55,185 nucleotides of DNA from Octopus bimaculoides. Taxonomy: Eukaryota. The notes beneath the pieces were generated by a model. That model was given only the letters and a program-made list of their open reading frames with translations, did not search any database and was not told the origin of the DNA. The DNA lies in contig NC_068988.1 in the NCBI RefSeq assembly GCF_001194135.2, forward strand, positions 82,909,334 through 82,964,518. Reading direction: 5' to 3'. The position numbers and the translations under genes were made by a program. Below are positions 35,886-46,700 of this stretch, piece by piece (the stretch's first letter is position 1; every line of letters begins with the position of its first letter).

Positions 35886-38800
35886 ACACACACACACACA
35901 CACATATTTATATTATATTAACCTGCCTTTGTAAAGTGGTTTAGGTTTCTATAATGTAATTTACAAAAAAAGCCAAGTTACACTAAAATCTAATTTTACT
36001 TCTGTTGTTCACAAAATTTTTGGCATCTTTTCTGTTTGACTTTCACTTTTCAATTCCTTTAATTTTGTTCCAGTTGATTTCAAATTTGGTGTATTTCTGT
36101 AAAAAAGCATTATCCTAATATGATTGATGCCTGGACCACCTGACTGGCTCCAGTGCCAGTGGCACATAAAAAGCACCCACTACACTCTCGGAATGGTTGA
36201 CGTTAGGAAGGGCATCTAGCTGTAGAAACATTGCCAGATCAGATTGGAGCCTGGCGCAGCCACTGGCTCTCCAGACCTCAGTCAAACCGTCCAACCCATG
36301 CTAGCATGGAANNNNNNNNNNTCAGATTGGAGCCTGGCGCAGCCACTGGCTCTCCAGACCTCAGTCAAACCGTCCAACCCATGCTAGCATGGAAAATGGA
36401 TGTTAAATGATGATGATAATGGTGATAATGTATGCTAATTACGAAAATGAAATTAATTTTTGTCATAAATTAATGAATAAAAAGTTAATAGCTTTTAAAG
36501 TTTGCAAATTTTGGGTAATTTTAGCCAGTTGTAAGCCACAGACTCATTGCTGCCTGTTCCCATAGTAACTGCTTAAAACTACTGTATCTATATTCTGAAC
36601 TTCCATTTTTAAAATTTTTGTGTCCAAAAATGTATTAATTTCAAATTTGATATATTGATGTAATTTTTCATGCTGAATCTAATTTTGTTATTCACTTGTT
36701 CCAGAAAAATGTTCACTAAAAATATGTTACTCATTCATTAACCCCAGGTCAACTACTGGTCAGACTGGCCTTAAATGCTAATCCTAAATTCTAACTCAAG
36801 CCCTAAACCTTAATTCTAACCCTAGGCCCTGATTCTAACTTTAAATCTTAACTTTAACTCTAAACCCCAATGCTAACCCTAAACCCTAATTTCAACCCTA
36901 AACCCCAACTCTAAGTCCTAACTCTAACCCTAACTCTAAACTCTAATTCTTACCCTAAACCCTAATTCCAACTCTAAACTCCAATCATAACCCCTTACTC
37001 TAACCCTAAACCCCAACCCTACCCTAACTCTAACCCCAGTGTGTCTCAAACTTTTGTTTTTGAATAAATTGTTTACATGAACTGAACTATAGCTACGGAA
37101 GTGTAATGTAGTTTGTTTTTTTGTAATGTTTTGAAAAATAAAAGAAGTTCATTGAGGATATTTTGCCTGTTCCAGCATTTCAATTGACTTTATTCATTTA
37201 AACTTATTAATACTTCAAAACACCTTAGAACTATCATTGTTGTAATATATTGCTTTCATTTTATTTAATAAAAGTTATCATGCAGAAAATTCCAGCTTCC
37301 AAATTCTGTTTTCTGATTGAGTAAAAATAATCAAACTTTAAACCACTGTAACATTTTTCTAAAATTTTTGTGGAACATGTGAATATCAACATGAGATTCA
37401 ACATGAAAAATTACATTAATATACCAAATTTGAAAATTTTCACCTAACTTGAAAATTTCAAAAAGGGAAAGCCAAACAGAAAAGATTCAATTTTTGTTTC
37501 TTCTGAAATGAAATTTTATTTGAAACTATTTTCTTTCAATAATTAATTTACTCATTAATTTCTTTCTTATTTTGTTTTTTGCTTTTGTCACCTCAGAGGA
37601 AGCCATGTTATATGCATGTGGTATGGTGTCTAATTACATCTGTGATGACTTGCAGAAGAAATTGAAAGAGAAACTAGGGTAAGAATCAATAATATTAATA
37701 TGTCTATTTTTTTTTGTATGCACCTGTCATGTGTGTCACACTTCAAAGAAGAAGTGAGTGGCAAAGTGAGACAGAAAGAGAGAGAGTGAAAGAAACAGTG
37801 AGTGGTGACAACGTTCGTTTTGTGTTTTTAAATGTTTATCACATCGCAAGAAAAGTTGATACATAGATACATACACCCATTGTTAAATTAAAAGCAGGAG
37901 AGAGGAAAGACACAGAAGAAGTGAAAGAGAGAAAGTGAGAGAGACAGTAGATACATAGATCCAAAGAAAAGTTGATACTTAAATACATAGACACAGCAAA
38001 TATTGGATGTCACTTTCACTTTTCATTACCACATAAGGATAAAATTAACTTTCAAGTAGCTGAGTCTCTCCGCAGACATACTCTCTTTTACTCTTTTACT
38101 TGTTTCAGTCATTTGACTGCGGCCATGCTGGAGCACCGCCTTTAGTCAAGCAAATCGACCCCAGGACTTATTCTTTGTAAGCCTAGTACTTATTCTATCA
38201 GTTTCTTTTGCTGAACCGCTAAGTTATGGGGACATAAACNNNNNNNNNNATAAACACACCAGCATCAGTTGTCAAGCGATGTTGTGGGGACAAACACAGA
38301 CACAAACACACACATACACATATATATACATATACATATATACGACGGGCTTCTTTCAGTTTCCGTCTACCAAATCCACTCACAAGGCTTTGATCGGCCC
38401 GAGGCTATAGTAGAAGACACTTGCCCAAGGTGCCACGCAGTGGGACTGAATCCGGAACCATGTGGTTGGCAAGCAAGCTACTTATCACACAGCCACGCAT
38501 ATCATTAACGTAATTCTCAGGGAGATTCAGCCTCACACAAAATATGACAAGGCTGGCCCTTTGAATTACAGCTACAACTCATTTTGGCCAGCTGAGTGGA
38601 CTGGAACAAGATAAACCTTCACGTGGTTGGAAGAAGACGTATAAAGATCCTATATAGAGGCAGGAAAATCTTTTTAGTCGTTTGGGTCACTATGGGTGTT
38701 AATCTTGTCCTAACAGCAGCATTTGTGGGTCTCACAGATCTGGAGCCCAAAGCCCCAGATGAACACTGATGCGCAGGCTGTTGTTATTAAACTGAGTGTG

Positions 38801-40143
38801 AGTTAGGGGCAATTATTTTGTCTTAGCTTTCACTGCTTATACTGAACACATGACATTTTTGCCTTACGATACGGAACATTTCCCTTTCTGTCACTCTTTT
38901 TAAAAAATGTCACTTTGTTGGTTACGATGACAAGGTTCCTGTTTATCTGATCAACGAATAGTTTGCTTGTAAAATTAACGTGCAAGTAGCTGAGTACTCC
39001 ACAGACATACCATAAGGTGTGTTCTTTGAATTACAGCTACAACTCATTTTTGCTAGCTGAGTGGACTGCAGCAAGGTGAAGTAGAGTACCTTGCTCAAAA
39101 ACACAGCGCTCTGCAGGGGATCGTACGCATGACTTTACGATTGTGGGCCAAATACCTCTAACTACTGAGCTATGCACCTTCATTCTCTTAACCATAGAGA
39201 AAAGGAGTGAAGTGATAGAGACAGGGAAAGAAAAGCCTCAGTCATTTACAATGCCAATTAGACTGAAATACAATCAAACTTTTCTAGCTTCTTTACTTTT
39301 AACAATGAAAAAGAGGGAAAGACATTTAGTAATGAATAGAGGGAAAATCTTTCAGGTGTTTATGTTTTTATTTTGGGAGTTCTAGAGGATCGATTGTTAG
39401 TTCTCTCTTCTTTCTCTTCACCTTCTTGCATAGTTTTTCATGTCTTTTAGTTGGTGGCGAAAGATCATGTTTTTTTTTTTCAGGCATGTTTAACATTTTC
39501 TCTACAAAGAAGCCCCTCTCCCTTCCATCTTTTCATAAAAAAACTAATGCAAATTTAGAACGGAGTATAGCTGTGAAAGGAGCCCAGAAAAATGTGTAAT
39601 ACCACCTACAAAATATGTGGAGGAGAAAAGTTGCCAATAGGTGGCCACACGAAATTCAACTCTATACTTTAAAGAGTGTCTTCTACTATAGCCTTGGCCA
39701 ACCAATTTGGTAGATGGAAACTGAAAGAAGCCCGTCATATATATATATATGTATATATTTATATATGTTATATTTTTATGTGTGTGTTTGTGTCTGTGTT
39801 TATCCCCCCACCACCATTGTTTGACAACTGATGTTGGTGTGTTTGTGTCCCCATAACTTAGCTGTTCGGCAGAAGAGACTGATAGAATAAGCACCAGGCT
39901 TACAGGGAATAAGTCCTGGCACCAGCACATAATTTACAGATGCTTACATTTTTTTTGTTTTCTGTGAATTTTTCATGGGTCCAGCTAGTTTATTATTATT
40001 ACAATTATTAATCCCACTCAGGTCAATTTTGCCTTTCATCCTTTCCGGGACAATAAAATAAAATACCAGTTAAGTACTTGGGTCAGTGGTATCAACTAAC
40101 CGCCTCACTCCCAAATCACTGGTCATGTGCCAAAACTAGAAAC

Positions 40144-40197
<54 letters not shown>

Positions 40198-40563
40198 TTC
40201 TTTCTTTCTTTCTTTCTTTCTGTCTTTCTGTCTTTCTTTCTTTCTGTCTTTCTGTCTTTCTTTCTTTCATTCTTAGGNNNNNNNNNNNNNNNNNNNNNNN
40301 NNNNNNNNNNNNNNNNNNNNNNNNNNNNNNNNNNNNNNNNNNNNNNNNNNNNNNNNNNNNNNNNNNNNNNNNNNNNNNNNNNNNNNNNNNNNNNNNNNNN
40401 NNNNNNNNNNNNNNNNNNNNNNNNNNNNNNNNNNNNNNNNNNNNNNNNNNNNNNNNNNNNNNNNNNNNNNNNNNNNNNNNNNNNNNNNNNNNNNNNNNNN
40501 NNNNNNNNNNNNNNNNNNNNNNNNNNNNNNNNNNNNNNNNNNNNNNNNNNNNNNNNNNNNNNN

Positions 40564-40606
<43 letters not shown>

Positions 40607-40668
40607 GATGATGATGATGGTGATGGTGATGATGGTGATGGTGATGGTGATGGTGGTGGTGGTGGTGG

Positions 40669-40723
<55 letters not shown>

Positions 40724-43700
40724 TGGATGGAAAGATTGATGTAACTCTTCATGAAGGTAAAGAGACAATAAGAAGAGCGTGATGCATTTCGTCCGTCTTC
40801 ACGTTCTGAGTTCAAATTTTGCGAAGGTTGTCTTTATCTTTTATCCTTTCAGAGTCAGTAAAATAAGTACCAGTTGTGCACTGGGGTAGATGTAATCGAC
40901 TTACCCTGCTCCACCAAAATTTCAGGCCTTGTGCCTTTAGTAGAAAGAATTATCATTATTATTATTATTATTATTATTAATCCTGTTGAGGTCAGCTTTA
41001 CCTCTCATCCTTCTGCAGTGAAGCAAATAATAGCACTTTCCCTTCAAAACTGCTAGACTAGTGGCTAAATTAGAAACAATTATATTCACAATTAACTAGC
41101 AGATTCGTTAGTTTCATTCAAAATGCTTAATGGCATTTCCTCCAGGGTTATATTCTGAATTCAAATCACGCTGAGGTCAGCTTTCCCCTTTCATCTTTTT
41201 GGGGTCGATAAAATAAAGCACCAATCAAGTACTTTATATTATGTTGAGTCAAAAGTTTTACAATATTTTGCTAACTTATTTGCTTTATTCATTAAGCTAC
41301 AGCAAAAGCAATCTAGCATTCAAAGTAGAGGCCGTCGTGTTGCTCTGTCTGGAGCCACCTTTCTGCAAGTTCTTTGATCCCATGATGATACTAGTTCCTG
41401 TCCTTCGAGGTAAAGAAGGACAAGAACTGGTATCATCCTTCACTGAAGCTTCCACCTCCTCTTGATTGATGAAGTGGTGCAAGTGCAGGAAGTGAGCCAC
41501 GGATTGGAACAAATAATAATCAGAGGGAGATATTTTTCTGCATGCCTAGCATACACAAGCAGTGATTAAACAAAGACCAGCTTCTTGAACCTGTTGCCAA
41601 ACAGACGGGTTTCCAAATATAAGATGTTGCTCTGCATCTGGTGGAATTATGAGGGCATAATTCACTTCAAGTTTGTTCTGGACAGTTGAATCATCAATGC
41701 CAATCTGTACTCCAAGCAGCTTGGACAGATGTATGCCATTGCGTAGCAAAAATGCCTGGTGTTGATTAACAAAAAGTGAGCTCTTCTGCAAGACAACATA
41801 AGACCTTACTTTGCTCCAACAACCTGGAATACACTCCAGGAACTTGAGGGAATCAAACTGATGCCACACCCAGCATATAGTCCAGCCCTATAAACTAATG
41901 GGAAATTTTGATGGCAAGTTTAAATTTAGACCATCTGAAAAGAAGTTTGTATTATAGAAAACCAGGAGCAGTCTCAGGCAGGCTAAAAATCTCTCCTTCA
42001 TAAACCAGATTTCACCATTACAGGTTTCAATTTGGTATAACACACTTCAATGATTATTGAGTAATTGAGTGTCATCAGACCCTCAGTTAATAATTTAATA
42101 AGAGTAAGGCGGTGAGCTGGCAGAAACGTTATCATGCCAGGCAAAATGCTTAGCAGTGTTTTATCTGTCTTTACATTCTGAGTTCAAATGCTGCCACGGT
42201 CGACTTTGCCTTTCGTCCTTTGAGGGTCGATAAAACAAGTACCAGTTGAGCACTGGAGTCAATGTAATCGACTTAGCCCCTTCCCCTAAATTGCTAGCCT
42301 TGTTGCCAAAATTTGAAAGCAATTTTTTCTATGTATAAGGCGGTGAGCTGGCAGAATCATTAGCATGCCAGAGAAACTGCTTTGTGGCATTTCTTCCAGA
42401 TTTATACTCTGAGTTAAATTACTGCCAAGGTCAACTTTGCCTTTCATCCTCTCCAGCTTGATAAAATAAGTACCAGTTAAGCACTGGGGTCATTGTAATC
42501 AATGTACCCTCTCCCCTGTGCCAAAATTTGAAACCAGTAATTTAGCAAGAGTTATGGTGTAAGTCAGAACTGGAATTTAGTTGCATATTGTTACATTCTG
42601 ACCTCTCCTTTCACCCTTGCTGGGTTGGTAAATAAATTACAAGTCAAATACTGAAGTTGATTTAAAGACTATACCTCTCCACAAATTATTGTCTATGTTA
42701 ACAATAGATATTTTAATTGGAGTAGCAGACAGATCACTTAGCCGTTTTGATATCAAGCAAGACCACCCCTGGTTCTGTGATACAAACTTCCTGTTTTAAA
42801 GTAGTCTAAATTAAAACTTCTCATTAAAAGTTCATGTTAATTTATGTTCCAAACAGCTTAATAACAACAGTTATTTTACTAAATCCTTCACTATTTCTGA
42901 AATTGAAACAAAGACAGTGTATTTCAACAGACATATGGTAACAAAAGGGTTAATGACATATTAGTTTACTGATGTACCAGTGAACTGATGGTATTACTAG
43001 CCTGCTATGGTATCAGTAGACCAATGATTATCACTGTACCAGTGGTATAAGCCTACTGATAATACCACTGTAGTTATAGTATCAATCTACTAATGGTCCC
43101 AATATTCTCTGATGACTCTCCTTCAGTCATTAAATAAAGATGAAGTAGATCTTCAGTGTTGTCTTAGTTGTATTATTGCATTACATTCTTGGTTATTATT
43201 ACATTAGATTTTGGGTTATTACTACTTTAGGTTATAGGTTATTACTACATTAGATTATTAGTTATTATTGCATGACATCCTTGGTTATTATTACATTAGG
43301 TTATAGGTTTATTACTACTTTAGATTATAAATTATCATTGCGTTACACCAATTTGAGGGTTTTTTTTTTAAAGAACTAATTAAAATGCTTTACATCATTA
43401 TTATTTGCATGTTTTAATGTGTAAATTATTTTTTCAGTCTTAAAGATGAAGAGCTACAGAATCCACCACCAAAAAAGGTAACATTATAAATTCACTTTTG
43501 TACAGTATCTATCTGAGGATTGTTTAGGAGTTTAGTTTCCTACACAATCATTATTCAGAGAAACAATAAATAAGGACTTTCAAGCTATTTCATTACTTGG
43601 TGTTAACATCTCTGCGTTTCTCAAGTCATGTTTATAGCAATTCTGAAAAAAAGAAGAAAGGTAAAAAAAAAACAAAATCTATATGGTCAGCCCAAGGTTA

Positions 43701-46700
43701 TAGTTGAAGGCACTTGTTCAAGGTGCCTTGCAGTGGGACTGAATACTGAACCATGTGGTTTGGAAGCAAGCTTCTTACCACACAGCCATGCCTACACCTT
43801 ATATTTTCTCAATAAATTTAACTACATTTCTTCACATATTCACTAAATTAGTTTTACTAACATGGCCTTTTTAAATTATGCTTAATTGAATGGGACCTTC
43901 AAATATAAGAATTTTCCCCACCCCTGGTGTAGGCCATTCTTTGAAAAATGTGAAGTTATTTGTTTATGTAATTATCTAATTACAGAAAATTAAAATTGAT
44001 AATTCTTTGGGGCCATCTGAAGATTATAGCCAGATGAAGAAAACCACAGAACAAACTAAAGTAAATGGAAACTTTTTTTATTTGCATATTGAACATTTTT
44101 CAAATGTCACCACCATCATCATTATCATTTACATTACCCTTATCATTATCATTATATCATCACATAATCATTGTCATCATCATCATCATCACATATACTT
44201 TTGTAATTATTGTTGTTGCTGTCAACAAGATAATAATAATAAATTTATTGTATACAGTGCTCAGATGCTCTACGACCTGTCAGAAAAGGGTAAAAGATGG
44301 GACAGAAAGCAGCAATAATTCAAGTAAAGGAAGATGACATTGAAAGCTGAGAGTGTGTGTTTAGTGTGCAGGATAAAGCACAAACAGGCTAAAAAGTAAA
44401 CAGTAAAAGAGCCATAAAGAGGAAAAGGTGCTTAGGTGTGTCAGGAGTAGTGCTGGGAAATTTCAGGAAGCATGGAATTTTTGAAGAATACAGTATCTTG
44501 ACAGCTAAACAGCTGATGCAGATGGTTTATTCCATGCTTCGAGAATTCTGAGAGTGAAAAAAATTCTTCCAAAAGTCATGAGTGCTGCATTATTTTTTGG
44601 TTTTATAATCATGTCTATGAGTGGTAGAGGTATTGAATTCCAAAAAGGTGACAAAAGTTATTGTTGGAAAGATGGTGGATAATCATATGGCTTTTACCAA
44701 GTCAGCTGCTAGATGTTGAACCTTTGGTGTGTCAGTGTTTAGAGAAGTAGTATGTTCAAGATACATTAAGTACCTGACAGTGGATGCTTGGTTGCATGTC
44801 TCTGGACAGCTTCCAGTAGATTGATATTCTGGACAAGATGGGGGTTCCAGACTGGAGATGCACAAGGTATTTCAGCAGATAGAAGGTAAGTGGCTGATAA
44901 AGGTCCTACTGAGTGAGGCTAAGACACCTTCAACCTTTTTGATGACTTTAGAAATGTTTCTTCCAACACTGATCATTGTTGACAACAATGCTTTAGTCAT
45001 TGGTGTTGAGAAATAGGTTAATTCCAGGTTTTTCCTCTCAAAATGTAGTTATGCATTTGTCTACTGCCAACTTGAGTTGCCAGTCAGCTGTCATCATCAT
45101 CATCATCATCGGCTTCACTTATTTCACACTCATTTACCCCAAACTACTTGTCAATAAATAGCCTTACTGTTTGGATTTACTGTTGAGAATCCAAGTCTTT
45201 TTCACTTGTAGATAGTTTGAGGTCATCCTCAATTTATTTTCACCTTGGTTTTGGTAAGCTCATAGGTAGGCTTAGATTTTCTCAGAATACTTGTCAGAGA
45301 GATTAGTGCAGTGATAAAAAGTAATGGAGAAAGTAAATCTCCCTGGAACATCCATTTGTGTATTTTTAAATATTCTAATGATTCTTTTGTGTATGTTATT
45401 TATTATTATTATTATTGGATGAAACTTTCAGGAATGTTTGGACTCATGACTGGCACGATCTGATTAGATTTTGGGGTCAATCCAGTACCGGACAAGGATT
45501 CTGGATTATTTGTTACATTCACTTTACCTTAAATGATATATTACGATTTTATGTTGATTTTCAAGTCTTTCTCTGATTATCTCCCTTGAAAGCATGCTCA
45601 TGGTTTCCACGGAAGTTATGGCAGCGTTGCTGTTTCCAAAGTTTTATTTTCGTTTCTCTATTATTAATTTTACTCGTGTCTCTATCTTAGTAGAAACTGA
45701 TGGCTAAAGAAATCAAACTACATAAACAAACGGCAGCAAAACCGTTCAGAAATTCGTACCTACTTGACAATTGCATTTCTAGCTCTGCTTTGAAAGAAGC
45801 TTTACTTCTTGGACTCACGTTTTTGTGCACAACAATGTTATTAAACCTCCATTAACAGCACCATGTCCTTTCCATTTTCTTTCATGCACAGATAAATTTT
45901 TCACTATAGACCTTAATGGTTGTAAAGACACTATATCAGTGGATAGACTAAAAAAGGCCTTCATAGAGAAAACTTTCCCTGTTCCCACTGCAAACGACAC
46001 ACACAGCATTACAAACACGGCCCGCACACCCATCTTCATATTCCATGACTACCATTGGGATCGATCAGGTATTGGACAAGGATTCTGGGTTACTTTTCCT
46101 TTTTTTTTGCTTACTTTTGAGAGTGGTCGGGTTCATTTTTAGTATTCTCATTTGTGAGAGCAGTCGAGTTTATTTTGGATATTTTCATTTTAAAAATCAT
46201 CTCTGACTAATCATTGAGAGGACGTTGGTGTTGCCTTGGCAGAGGTTTCCGCTCTCTGAGTGCTCTTATTATTATATATTTGGTTTTTGCTTTTTATTTG
46301 TACAAGTTGACTCCAAGTCTCACCCAGTGACCTCAAGAGACAACAAGTTAGAAGTTCAAGTTGGTGTTGTGACTAGGGAGCCATATATTTGGTTTTGCAC
46401 AGAGTATTGTTCTAGAGAATATGTTAAAACAAGTAAATTAAGGGTTTGTTTTAAAAGTAATTTGATTATTAGATGATAGTCTGATGTTAAAATGACAGTA
46501 AAAGTTGTTTGCTGTTATGTACATTTAAAGTATTTTGACATTGTTTACGGATTAAAATATTTTGGGTATTATATAGACAATGTTTTATGTAGGATATGGG
46601 CAGTTCCCATGAGCATTATTTTTTGAATTTCTTGGTGTCAGTCCATTTTGCTATCATTCCTAGGGCACCTATGACAACAGGTATTATTTTAAGTCTTGAG

